DNA of 64,000 bases, from assembly GCA_015069195.1 (NCBI GenBank), contig SVJA01000004.1:76989-140988 (forward strand), given 5' to 3'. The DNA comes from Oscillospiraceae bacterium (lineage in GTDB: Bacteria > Bacillota > Clostridia > UBA1212). This document shows, in pieces, positions 39,701-49,104 of the stretch. A program made the position numbers and the translations under genes. How positions within the stretch are numbered: position 1 is the stretch's first letter; every line of letters starts with the position of its first letter. The notes beneath the pieces are model-generated. The model worked only from the letters and a program-made list of their open reading frames with translations, searched no databases and was not told where the DNA came from.

Positions 39701-39991
39701 ATGAACGAAGACAGAAAGAATTCGGTACATGAATGTCCTCAGAATATCAATATGGAGAATAGGGAAGCACTTAAAATAAGCGGCGTAAAGGATGTGAAAT
39801 GCTTTAATGAAAACCTTGCGGAACTTGATACGGTGCTGGGCAAACTCACTGTCAGAGGCGAAGGAATAAAAATCGCAAGATTGAGTCTTGATGAAGGGGT
39901 ACTTGAATTGACCGGCTATATGTACAGTTGTGAATACGAGGATAAATCAAAATTAACAAGAAGAGGTAAGTTTGGCGGAATGTTCGGATGA
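39701..39991 (+). CDS. yabP: sporulation protein YabP
   Basis: NREALKISGVKDV..F, TVLGKLTVRG; yabP-yabQ-divIC-S1 synteny. Confidence 0.88.
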   Translation: MNEDRKNSVHECPQNINMENREALKISGVKDVKCFNENLAELDTVLGKLTVRGEGIKIARLSLDEGVLELTGYMYSCEYEDKSKLTRRGKFGGMFG

Positions 39992-40482
39992 GTAAGAGTT
40001 CAGAGATTATAGCTTCAATAATTGATTTTTTCTCGATGATGTCGGGCGGATTTTTTATAGCGTTATTGTTTGATGTTTTTCGCTCAATGAGAAAAGCCGT
40101 GAGACGAAATAACGGAAAAAATTTGACCATAACGGTGTATTTGCAGGATTTGATATTTTTGTTGTTGTCGTTTGCCGTGCTTGTACTTTTGATATACCGT
40201 GTGAACGGCGGTTGCCTTGATTGGTATATATCACTCGGGTGTATTTTGGGGGCGGTTATTTATTACTATTTTGCTGAGCCGATAGCGGGCAAATTTATAT
40301 TTGTAATCTTTTTTGCAATTGTAAAAGTTTTAAAAATCATATATATGACAGCATATAAGTTGGCTGCAAAGTTGCATTTTCGCGAAAAAGGTAAAGTTTT
40401 TATGAAAAAGTCTGTGAATTTTACAAAAAAACGCAAAAAAATGTTAAAAAAAGCTGGCGTATCTGAAATACATAATATATAA
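39988..40482 (+). CDS. yabQ: spore cortex biosynthesis protein YabQ
   Basis: LLFDVFR, QDLIF, NGG, TM segments; synteny. Confidence 0.8.
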   Translation: MSKSSEIIASIIDFFSMMSGGFFIALLFDVFRSMRKAVRRNNGKNLTITVYLQDLIFLLLSFAVLVLLIYRVNGGCLDWYISLGCILGAVIYYYFAEPIAGKFIFVIFFAIVKVLKIIYMTAYKLAAKLHFREKGKVFMKKSVNFTKKRKKMLKKAGVSEIHNI

Positions 40483-40548
40483 TTATATTTGTTATGGTTG
40501 AATGTATGTTTGACCGTATTTTACACAAGACAAAAGGAGTGCGGCGCT

Positions 40549-40830
40549 TTGTTCGGAAGATTCAGACTTCAGGATTTAAAACTACAAAATATTATTTTTT
40601 ATGCCATTGCTTTGGCTATAGTAGTTATGATTATTACTCAGCAGGGTTCATTGGAATCACAGAGACAGGCTTATGACAAAAAGCTCAAACAGCTTGAGAC
40701 CACCCAGCAGTATAATGCAGAACTTCAGGAAAAAAATGATTATGTAGGTACGGAAGCGTATCGCGAGGAAAAAGCACGCGAAGAAGGTTATGTCGAAGAG
40801 GATGAGATAGTATTCATAACCTCGGATTGA
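40549..40830 (+). CDS. divIC: septum formation initiator DivIC/FtsB-like
   Basis: TM + coiled coil + EEKAREEGYV..DEIVF; TTG start after AAGGAG. Confidence 0.75.
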   Translation: MFGRFRLQDLKLQNIIFYAIALAIVVMIITQQGSLESQRQAYDKKLKQLETTQQYNAELQEKNDYVGTEAYREEKAREEGYVEEDEIVFITSD

Positions 40831-40924
40831 TGTATCTTGTGTTTTGATCTTTTGTTAAATAGTATTTCGGTTACGAGAATTTGTATCGTAAACCCGCAGT
40901 TTGGGTACGGAAGGAAAAATTTAT

Positions 40925-41446
40925 ATGGCAGATGTTGCTGAAATCTTCGAAGGCAGAGTTTTTAGTGTGATGAATTTCGGAGCTTTTGTAAGGCTCAAGG
41001 ACGGTTCTACGGGACTTGTTCATATTTCTGAGATTACAGACGGTTTTGTACAGGATGTAAAAGATTATCTTAAGGTCGGACAGACAGTACAGGTAGTTGT
41101 ATTGTCGGAGGAGTCTGACGGAAAGAAAAAATTCTCGATAAAACGCATAGCAAACCAGCCGCGACTTGACGGAAGAACTGAGGCCGAAGTCAAGGCTGAG
41201 ACTAAAGAAAAGCAGGCTGCAGAGGCTACTGTGGCTACCGGAAAGGAAAAAAAGAAAGAGAAGCCTGTGTCTCGTACAACATCGGTAGCACCGCCTCCGG
41301 ATATCTATGGTGCGGACAAAGATTCTGCCGGTACTGTTTCTTTTGAGGACAAGCTTTCAAAATTTATGAAAAACAGCGAAGAACGCTTAGTTGATATAAA
41401 ACACCGCACCGAAAACAAACGCGGCGGCGGATATGTCAGGAGATAA
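40925..41446 (+). CDS. S1 RNA-binding protein (YabR/YugI-like)
   Basis: FGAFV..GLVHISEI; C-terminal SFEDKLSKFMKNSEERL. Confidence 0.88.
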   Translation: MADVAEIFEGRVFSVMNFGAFVRLKDGSTGLVHISEITDGFVQDVKDYLKVGQTVQVVVLSEESDGKKKFSIKRIANQPRLDGRTEAEVKAETKEKQAAEATVATGKEKKKEKPVSRTTSVAPPPDIYGADKDSAGTVSFEDKLSKFMKNSEERLVDIKHRTENKRGGGYVRR

Positions 41447-41448
41447 TA

Positions 41449-42624
41449 TTGATGTCTGACAGTTATAACAGTGCAGAAAAAACTGAAGATAAAAAAAATA
41501 AAACAGCAGGTTTTACAGACCTGCTTTTATTGTCACTGTCCGTAGATGCATACTATAAATGGCTTCCGAATGAGAGAGTTTTGGTTAAGCAGGATATGGG
41601 TGCGTATATAATGATATACCCGCTTGAGATTATTACTGAAGATGCGGAAAAACTGAAAAATGCCTTTGATGAATTTATCGAAAATAATCGTTTCTCAGAA
41701 AGTTCCAGACGGATATTCAGATATTTTTTATTCATGGTTGACGATTACTCTGTGTATGAAAATGCTTACGCGCAGATACTGAAGGATATAAGCGGAAAGT
41801 GTCAAAAGAACGGAATAATTGCAGAAGTAGATATTCTGGATATAAAAAGCGGTACATTGAAAACCGTAGAGGGCAAAAAAATGTCCGAAAAGAAGGCTCG
41901 TACAATAATCATTGATACCGTGAAACGATACAAAGAGTTGCAGGGTATGGGTGTTGCTACAGAAGAAGTCATAAATGACAAAAAGAGCGAGATGCGAAAA
42001 AAGTACGAAGCTCTCGGAGAAGTGCGAAATGCAGGCTTTTTAAATCCGACAATATTACTTATAATAATAAACATAGCAATTTTTGTATTTGGCTATATGA
42101 CTTCGCTTGATACGGGAGAAGATTTGTTCAAGACGCTCGGCATACAAGATAATGTACTCATAATGCAGGGAGAGTGGTGGAGACTTTTCACAAGTATGTT
42201 CCTACATGCCGATATAGCTCACTTGGCTGGAAATATGCTTTTCTTGTTCTACTTAGGTAAGATAACCATCAGATATTATAGTACTGCTGAATTTTATGCA
42301 GTATACTTTTTGTCGGGACTTTGCGGAAATCTTTTGTCGTTCTTTTTAACCGACTATCGTTCACTCGGCGCGTCAGGTGCGATTATGGGTCTCGGTGGTC
42401 TTGTAATATACAGAATGTTTTTCGGTGAAAGTGCAAGGCTTTTCAGGAAAAGCGGCAACTATCTGATATTTGCGGTGATGATCGCATTTAACCTTCTTTA
42501 CGGAGTTGTTGCTGCAGAAGCTAACATCGATAACTACGGACATTTCGGCGGATTTATCGGAGGATTTTTGATTGCACTTGCGATAAGCGGAATTCGTCGC
42601 CTTATAAAGAATAAAAGGTTGTAA
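41449..42624 (+). CDS. rhomboid intramembrane serine protease with N-terminal soluble domain
   Basis: WWRLFTSMFLH, HLAGNM, GASGA, GHFGG. Confidence 0.9.
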   Translation: MMSDSYNSAEKTEDKKNKTAGFTDLLLLSLSVDAYYKWLPNERVLVKQDMGAYIMIYPLEIITEDAEKLKNAFDEFIENNRFSESSRRIFRYFLFMVDDYSVYENAYAQILKDISGKCQKNGIIAEVDILDIKSGTLKTVEGKKMSEKKARTIIIDTVKRYKELQGMGVATEEVINDKKSEMRKKYEALGEVRNAGFLNPTILLIIINIAIFVFGYMTSLDTGEDLFKTLGIQDNVLIMQGEWWRLFTSMFLHADIAHLAGNMLFLFYLGKITIRYYSTAEFYAVYFLSGLCGNLLSFFLTDYRSLGASGAIMGLGGLVIYRMFFGESARLFRKSGNYLIFAVMIAFNLLYGVVAAEANIDNYGHFGGFIGGFLIALAISGIRRLIKNKRL

Positions 42625-42632
42625 TATTTATA

Positions 42633-44201
42633 TTAATTTGATTTACAAAGCTTACCGGTTTTTATATCGGTAAGCTTTATTGTTTTTGTAAGGAGTGCAA
42701 CGCCAAGCGACAGGAACGATGCGATGCCGCATGCGAGTAACCAACCGTATTTAAAGTTTGAGAGTGCTGATGTCATCATAAAATTTCCGGACACATTGAT
42801 TATAAGTCCTATGCAAAAAGGTTTTACTAGCCATTCGGCAAATTCTATCTGGATGCCGATGTTTTTTACTATGTAGACAAGATTTATTATTGCAGTGACA
42901 GCAGAGCTGATAAGCATTCCTGCAATATATGCGTTGACGCCTTTTACCGGAACAGCAAACCATATGAAACTCATGCGGATTGCATAACCCACAGATGTGC
43001 TAAAAAGCGCAAAACCGTGTTTTTCGAGCCCGTTCAATATTCCTGTCATGGTTTGTTGCAAATAGACTATAACGCAATAAATGGCCATTTTTTGAAGTAA
43101 TTTACCTGTATGCTGTCCTGCGTATAGCATATCACCTACCTGAACACCGAATGTTGTGAAAAATCCGAAGAAAAAGAATCCCATAAGGCAACTGATTCTG
43201 ATGCAACGCGAAATGCGTTGTTGCGCGAGCCGTCGGTGTCCGGAGGCGAGCGCGCCGGCGACAGCCGGAACCAAAGTTGTAGAAAGCGACGAAGTTACAA
43301 TTGTCGGAAACATAATAAGCGGCATAGCCATTCCCGACAGCCTACCGAGCATAGCGAGGCTGCTTTGGTAGTTAAGTCCGCCTGCGATAAATCGGAGAGG
43401 CAAAATAATTGTTTCGACGGTTCCCATAACCGACACGATGAATCGGTTGAGCGAAATCGGTGCAGATTCCTTTGCGATTTGCCCTGAAGTCCGGCGAAGC
43501 TCACGGAATGTCATCTTTCCGCTGTGCCCGTCTTCTTTGCTGTATTTGAAAAATGCTACAGCCACTACCAAAAGGTTTGCCATTTCACCTACAGCAGATG
43601 AAAGTGTGAGTATAGCGCAGGCGTACGTCAGATTTGTTCCTGCAATTTTCTGTGAAAGAAATACTATAAAAAGTATTCTGACAATTTGCTCCGTGATTTG
43701 TGATATTGCTGTCGGAGTAACCCTTGCCATTCCGTAAAAGTAACCTTTTATCGCAGATGCCGATGCAACAATCGGTATGCACGGCGCCAATAACAAAAGT
43801 GAAAGGTATGTTCGGCTGTCACCGAGCAAATCGTTTGCAATTTGCTTGCCGAACAACATCATTGCCGCAGCGGCGACACTGCCTGCAAAAAGCAACAGGA
43901 AAAATGCCGCCTTGGCAGCACGGCGCGCCCCTTTAACACGCCCGAGGGCGCGCTCCTTTGCCGCCATTCCGGAAACGGTAATTGAAACGCCGGAGGTGAG
44001 TGTCAATATGATAAGCGAATATACCGGAAATGTGAGTTGATAGAGTCCCATTCCTTCTGCGCCTATAAGATTTGACATATATATGCGATTTGCAAAGCCG
44101 AAAAGTCTGACGATAAGTCCGGCAATCATAAGTTTGAACGCACCTGATTTGTAGCTTTCGTATTTATTTGATTTGTTTGTTTTTGTGATTTTATTTTTCA
44201 A
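42633..44201 (-). CDS. spoVB: stage V sporulation protein B (MurJ-like flippase)
   Basis: IGAEGMGLYQL, KGYFYG, SQITEQIVRI; TTG start after GAGG. Confidence 0.82.
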   Translation of the reverse strand: MKNKITKTNKSNKYESYKSGAFKLMIAGLIVRLFGFANRIYMSNLIGAEGMGLYQLTFPVYSLIILTLTSGVSITVSGMAAKERALGRVKGARRAAKAAFFLLLFAGSVAAAAMMLFGKQIANDLLGDSRTYLSLLLLAPCIPIVASASAIKGYFYGMARVTPTAISQITEQIVRILFIVFLSQKIAGTNLTYACAILTLSSAVGEMANLLVVAVAFFKYSKEDGHSGKMTFRELRRTSGQIAKESAPISLNRFIVSVMGTVETIILPLRFIAGGLNYQSSLAMLGRLSGMAMPLIMFPTIVTSSLSTTLVPAVAGALASGHRRLAQQRISRCIRISCLMGFFFFGFFTTFGVQVGDMLYAGQHTGKLLQKMAIYCVIVYLQQTMTGILNGLEKHGFALFSTSVGYAIRMSFIWFAVPVKGVNAYIAGMLISSAVTAIINLVYIVKNIGIQIEFAEWLVKPFCIGLIINVSGNFMMTSALSNFKYGWLLACGIASFLSLGVALLTKTIKLTDIKTGKLCKSN

Positions 44202-44235
44202 CGACAGATAACCTCGAAAAGGGACAATACCGTTA

Positions 44236-44266
44236 AAATATATGCTGCAAGTTCTTCGGAAATGTT
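44236..44266 (-). promoter_or_regulatory. putative sigmaE promoter of spoVB
   Basis: AACAT-N17-CATATATT on - strand, same spacing as yabP. Confidence 0.6.
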
Positions 44267-44398
44267 TATATGTAAAAACTGCGTGAGAAATATTGATAAA
44301 TTGTGTTAAAAGTGATACTCTTGTGACATAAGTACAATGTGTCGGAAACATTTGAAAATTTTGAGCATACACTGTTCGAAAAAATCGGGGGTGTTTTT

Positions 44399-45271
44399 AT
44401 GAAGCGGTATAAGATTATTACTTTTATATTAACCATAGCTATTTTGCTGTCGGTGTATGCCGGTGCTAAAGAAAATACCGTTGTTCCTGATCCTGCATTA
44501 GTAAAAATAGACGGTCAATATTATATTCAACTTGCAGATTACGGTGACGGCGGATCATGTTGTCAGATTGCAAAATATATTCAGTTTTCATCTATGGATG
44601 AAATGTATACAAGAATTAAAAACCTCGATTTTACGGAAGAAGAGTTTGATGATATGTGTGATAATTTCAGACGTACTGACAATGGTTTGAAAATTCTTGA
44701 TATAGATAATTTGTATCAGCCGAAGTTTCGGGCGGATGTTTCTCTTGACCGAATCGATTGGTATGGAGATGGTTATGTAACTTCCTGGAGTACTCCTGAT
44801 AACGGTAGCGGTACCTTTTGGTTGTATGATGAAGAGAAAGACCTTCTCGCGTGGAAGGATGAACGGTATTTTTCAGAGGCGTTTTTTGATAGAGAAAATA
44901 TTGACGTTTTAGATTGTTCAGAAAGTGAGACTGATGAGTATACTCGGACAAAGAGAACGTATATGCTTTATAATGACAGAGGATTTGACAAAAAGTATAT
45001 AAGAGAAGAATACAAATTTGTAAACGGCAACTCTTTTTGCGATGTGATGATAAGATACGATTGCGGTTCACCTGCAAACAGTCTGCTGATTCCTGAAGAC
45101 GATCAAGTTCCCGCGGAAGTTCATGTTTTTGCAGGTAACGGTGATGTGTACTGGTATAACATGATGTATGGTAAAGATATAAAATCTGAGGTATATATTG
45201 ACTGGCTGATGTCTTTTGATGTTGAGAATTATATTCCCGCTTCTGCGACAGATAACAATAACAGTAATTAA
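44399..45271 (+). CDS. secreted hypothetical protein
   Basis: signal peptide MKRYKII..VYA; acidic, aromatic-rich body. Confidence 0.7.
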   Translation: MKRYKIITFILTIAILLSVYAGAKENTVVPDPALVKIDGQYYIQLADYGDGGSCCQIAKYIQFSSMDEMYTRIKNLDFTEEEFDDMCDNFRRTDNGLKILDIDNLYQPKFRADVSLDRIDWYGDGYVTSWSTPDNGSGTFWLYDEEKDLLAWKDERYFSEAFFDRENIDVLDCSESETDEYTRTKRTYMLYNDRGFDKKYIREEYKFVNGNSFCDVMIRYDCGSPANSLLIPEDDQVPAEVHVFAGNGDVYWYNMMYGKDIKSEVYIDWLMSFDVENYIPASATDNNNSN

Positions 45272-45298
45272 AATTTAAATATAAGGGAGAAAAATTTT

Positions 45299-46189
45299 AT
45301 GCAAATTAAAAGAATTGATTTGTCGGACGACGGCAGAGTTTATATGATCGCATATATCGGAGACAAGAGCCCCGAAATGCCGTATATGGACAAAAGACCT
45401 GCGGTGGTTGTATGTCCCGGCGGTGCTTACTATATGACATCGGACAGAGAAGCGGAGCCTATTGCTCTTAATTATCTGGCAAGAGGATTCAATGCATTTG
45501 TTGTCAGATATTCTGTTTATCCGCACGCAACATTCCCTAATTCATTGGTAGATGTAAGCCGTGCAATGAAATATATAAGAGATAACGCCGAAGAGTTCGG
45601 TATATATCCTGACAAAATTGCAGTATGCGGATTTTCGGCGGGCGGACACCTTGCAGCATCGATCGGAACATTGTGGAATGATCCGGAAGTTCAGGAGCTT
45701 GCAGGTTGCAGCGGAGAGGAAAACAAACCGAATGCACTTGTCCTTATTTACCCTGTAATATCGTCAACCCGAAATGTGCAACCGGAGTCTATTCGTCATA
45801 TCACAATCGGCATAGAGGATGAAACTAAAAAAGTTGAAGCTTTGGCGAAAGTTTCACTTGAAAATCAGGTCGGAAAACATACCCCGCCTGCATTTATAGC
45901 ACACACATATTCTGACAATGTCGTGCCGGTAGAGAATCCTTTGCTGTTTGCAAGTGCTATGGCGGCTGCAGATGTTCCGTTTGAACTTCATATATTCCAG
46001 AACGGAGGACATGGACTTGCTCTTGCTAGCCATATTACATTCAATAACGAGTACAGCATTGACGAAGATTTTGCTAAGTGGATAGATCTTTCAGCAAAGT
46101 GGCTCTATGATACTTTCGGCAAAAATATTCCGGATGGTCCTTATCCGAGAGTTACTTATGAAAACAGATGCAAAGGCGGTATTGTTTAA
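45299..46189 (+). CDS. alpha/beta hydrolase (esterase)
   Basis: PGGAY, GFSAGGH, DNVVP, GGHGL. Confidence 0.9.
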   Translation: MQIKRIDLSDDGRVYMIAYIGDKSPEMPYMDKRPAVVVCPGGAYYMTSDREAEPIALNYLARGFNAFVVRYSVYPHATFPNSLVDVSRAMKYIRDNAEEFGIYPDKIAVCGFSAGGHLAASIGTLWNDPEVQELAGCSGEENKPNALVLIYPVISSTRNVQPESIRHITIGIEDETKKVEALAKVSLENQVGKHTPPAFIAHTYSDNVVPVENPLLFASAMAAADVPFELHIFQNGGHGLALASHITFNNEYSIDEDFAKWIDLSAKWLYDTFGKNIPDGPYPRVTYENRCKGGIV

Positions 46190-46332
46190 CATAAATTAAC
46201 TGCAAAAATATTGCTTTTTAACTTACATAAAATTAAAAAATATGATATAATGTCAATGTTCAACGTGTTGTCTTGATAGCGGCGTAAGTCCTGTTGGAGA
46301 CAGCACGTTATTTTTATAGGAGGATTGTTATT

Positions 46333-46836
46333 ATGTTTTCGGTTGGAGATGCAGTGGTGTACGAGACCCAGGGTGTATGTAAAATAAGCGAGATTACGTC
46401 GATGACGGCGGGCAAGGTTACTCGTGAATACTATGTTTTGAAACCGGTGTATGAAGACCGTTCGACGGTATATGTGCCGGTGGATAATGATGCCGTGGTT
46501 AATTCTCGTATGAGATTTGTATTTACTGTCGATGAGGTAAATACAATTATTAAAAATGTTTCCGACGGAAATGCCATGGAATGGATAACTGATGATGCCA
46601 AACGCAAGGAGTTTTGTGTAAATACTTTAAAAAAAGGCGACAGAGCAGAACTTATGCGACTTATCGGCATGCTTTATTCTCGTCAGTCAGAGCTGAAAGA
46701 ACAAAAAAAGCATTTTCATATTGCCGATGAACGCTATATGAAAGAAGCAGAGAAACTTATAAATGAAGAGTTTGCTTACGTTCTCGGAATAGATCGAAAA
46801 GAAGTTCAAAATTATATTGCAAAGAATATAAATTAA
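46333..46836 (+). CDS. carD: CarD-family transcriptional regulator
   Basis: FSVGDAVVY..QGVCKI, YYVL, VYVPV; promoter TTACAT-N17-TATAAT. Confidence 0.85.
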   Translation: MFSVGDAVVYETQGVCKISEITSMTAGKVTREYYVLKPVYEDRSTVYVPVDNDAVVNSRMRFVFTVDEVNTIIKNVSDGNAMEWITDDAKRKEFCVNTLKKGDRAELMRLIGMLYSRQSELKEQKKHFHIADERYMKEAEKLINEEFAYVLGIDRKEVQNYIAKNIN

Positions 46837-46846
46837 AAATTAATAT

Positions 46847-46874
46847 AACCGGCGGTGCGAATGCACCGCCGGTT
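46847..46874 (+). terminator. hairpin after carD
   Basis: AACCGGCGGTGC-GAAT-GCACCGCCGGTT. Confidence 0.7.
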
Positions 46875-46942
46875 GTCAGTTGAATGGTTTGTAAAAACAA
46901 AACTGCCGCCCTGTAAAAAAACAGGCGGCCGCTTGCTGTGGA

Positions 46943-47137
46943 TCATTTACTTTCTTTTGCTTTGTCGGAATTGTCACTTGTATCTAAATTATCTAAAGCG
47001 TACTGTAAGCACTGGATAACGATTTTATTCATAGAAGTATTATACTCGCCTGCGAGGCTGTTAAGCTTTTCTACAATGTCAACCGGGATACGAAATGTTT
47101 TATTTACCGACTCAATTCCTTTTTCAAGTTCAAGCAT
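46943..47137 (-). CDS. small ribbon-helix-helix DNA-binding protein
   Basis: NKTFRIP..LNSLA..SMNKIVIQCLQYAL; GAGGTG RBS. Confidence 0.7.
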   Translation of the reverse strand: MLELEKGIESVNKTFRIPVDIVEKLNSLAGEYNTSMNKIVIQCLQYALDNLDTSDNSDKAKESK

Positions 47138-47294
47138 GATAAATTTCACCTCACAATGTATTATTATGCAACAAAATGCAAAAAAAATAAATGAGAAAAA
47201 TATCTTGCAAAAAGCTTGCTTGCCATCGTGAAAAATGATAACATAATTGTGTTATAATCAAATAAAAATTATTGATAGGAGTACAGATAGATAA

Positions 47295-47660
47295 ATGCAT
47301 AATTCAAAAATGGTATACAATGAAGTTGTCATTTCCGGCAATGAAAAAGTAAAAGGTGTTTTGTTTGAGTGGGGCATTAAAGCTTCTGATGGCGTATATA
47401 CTGTCAGCGACAAAAAAGAAATTCCTCTTGAAGAAGTTACTATGGAGCATATAGAACCTACCGGCTTGTTTGACACCGAATGTGGTTTCCATTTGGTGAT
47501 ACACGCTGTTGTAAACGATGTTCTTTATCTTGCGACCGTTAAAAAAAGCACAGATGAAAAAACTTTGGCACGCATATCCGTAGATGTGAATTACGAATAT
47601 ACTTGTACATTGTCCGACGGCACACAGGCTTGCTTTTATATAAAGCCGATATTGAAGTAA
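47295..47660 (+). CDS. hypothetical protein
   Basis: AGGAG RBS, 121-aa ORF. Confidence 0.6.
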   Translation: MHNSKMVYNEVVISGNEKVKGVLFEWGIKASDGVYTVSDKKEIPLEEVTMEHIEPTGLFDTECGFHLVIHAVVNDVLYLATVKKSTDEKTLARISVDVNYEYTCTLSDGTQACFYIKPILK

Positions 47661-47863
47661 ATAAACGTTATTTCGTCTGAAATGAGTTGGATTTAATGTT
47701 TTGCAGCGTTAATGGCGATTTAATTGTTCTCCCTAATGCAGTTCCTGTGAATTGCGGCAGGGAGATTTTTTCTGAAATAAACAGTAAAATAAAAATGTGT
47801 TGTTCAGTTGACTTCTTTTTTGTATTAACATTTGATTGTAAAAACAAACAGGAGGTTGTTATA

Positions 47864-48217
47864 ATGAACACAGACAAAATTTTAGCAGAATCGATAGCAA
47901 AGGAATATGCGCCTAAGCAAAGTTCAAAAATTGTTTCTTTGAAGAAGCTGGATAACAAGGCAAAACTTCCGGCTACTATATTTGCGTATTCATTCGGAAT
48001 TGTATCATCACTTGTTGCAGGTCTTGGTATGTGTCTTGCAATGGAGGTAATAGGCGGGGGCCTGACTTTTATGGTTCTTGGAATAATCATCGGAATAATA
48101 GGCTTTGTCGCTTGTGGTATGAACTATCCGTTGTACAAAAAGATACTCGAAAAAGGCAAAGCTAAATATGCTTACGAAATAATCGAGCTTGCTCGTGAAA
48201 TCAGTAACGAACAATGA
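47864..48217 (+). CDS. small two-TM membrane protein
   Basis: GGAGG RBS, two hydrophobic helices; upstream of TetR gene. Confidence 0.75.
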   Translation: MNTDKILAESIAKEYAPKQSSKIVSLKKLDNKAKLPATIFAYSFGIVSSLVAGLGMCLAMEVIGGGLTFMVLGIIIGIIGFVACGMNYPLYKKILEKGKAKYAYEIIELAREISNEQ

Positions 48218-48251
48218 TAATTTTCAACTGATGCAGGAGGAGTTTTGTAAT

Positions 48252-48872
48252 TTGAATAAGTCTGAAAGTAAATATTTTAACACAGCTATAAAAATGGATA
48301 AGGCATTGCTTGAATTGCTTGAAACAAAACCGTTTGAATATATTACAATAAAAGAAGTTTGTGCAAAAGCCGGAGTGAATCGTTCTACATTTTATCTTCA
48401 TTACGAAAATATATGTGATTTGCTTGCTGAAACTACAAGGTACATGCTGGATTCATTTTTATCATATTTTCCGGAGGACAGTATTCAGATCATAAATAGG
48501 TTTCAGGATTGTGAAGCAAAGGAACTGAATTTTATTTCCGGGAAATATCTTACTCCGTATTTGTCATATGTAAAAGAGAATCGTCGCATTTTCTCAACTG
48601 CCGTATCACATTCGGGATCGTTGGGATTTGATCGTGTGTATAAAAAAATGTTTGAATATATTTTCAATCCGATTTTAGAGAGATTTAATTATCCTTCCGG
48701 CTATAGAAAATACGTTATGTATTTTTATCTTAACGGTATAAATTCTATTGTAGCAGAATGGTTAAAGCGAGATTGTGAGGAAACTATCGATGAAATGATA
48801 GAAATAATAATCGGATGCGTATACGGATTGATTCACGATTTTGATTCGAATGTGTCAGAAATTAAAAATTGA
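48252..48872 (+). CDS. TetR/AcrR family regulator
   Basis: ITIKEVCAKAGVNRSTFYLHY. Confidence 0.9.
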   Translation: MNKSESKYFNTAIKMDKALLELLETKPFEYITIKEVCAKAGVNRSTFYLHYENICDLLAETTRYMLDSFLSYFPEDSIQIINRFQDCEAKELNFISGKYLTPYLSYVKENRRIFSTAVSHSGSLGFDRVYKKMFEYIFNPILERFNYPSGYRKYVMYFYLNGINSIVAEWLKRDCEETIDEMIEIIIGCVYGLIHDFDSNVSEIKN

Positions 48873-48881
48873 TAAAAAATA

Positions 48882-49104
48882 CTACTGAAAATCCTTCTGA
48901 ACCGTCAAGTTTAGCACAGGATCTGATAATCGCTAAACTTCCTGTATCTAAACAAAAAAGCTACTGTAAATCTTTCTGAACCGTCAAGTTTAGCACAGGA
49001 TCTGATAATCGCTAAACTTCCTGTATCTAAACAAAAAAGCTACTGTAAATCCTTCTAAACCGTTAGGTTTAGCGCAGGATTTACAGTAGCTTTTTTGTTT
49101 AGAT
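48882..49104. repeat. 79-bp tandem repeat (about 2.5 copies) ending in a long hairpin terminator
   Basis: units start at 48882, 48961 and 49040; inverted repeat spans 49025-49104. Confidence 0.9.

Noticed and set aside
46943-47660. Toxin-antitoxin pair
   Set aside because: The RHH gene and its neighbour are divergent, and no toxin motif is recognisable
48882-49104. CRISPR array
   Set aside because: Units are contiguous and near-identical with no unique spacers; no cas genes in the window
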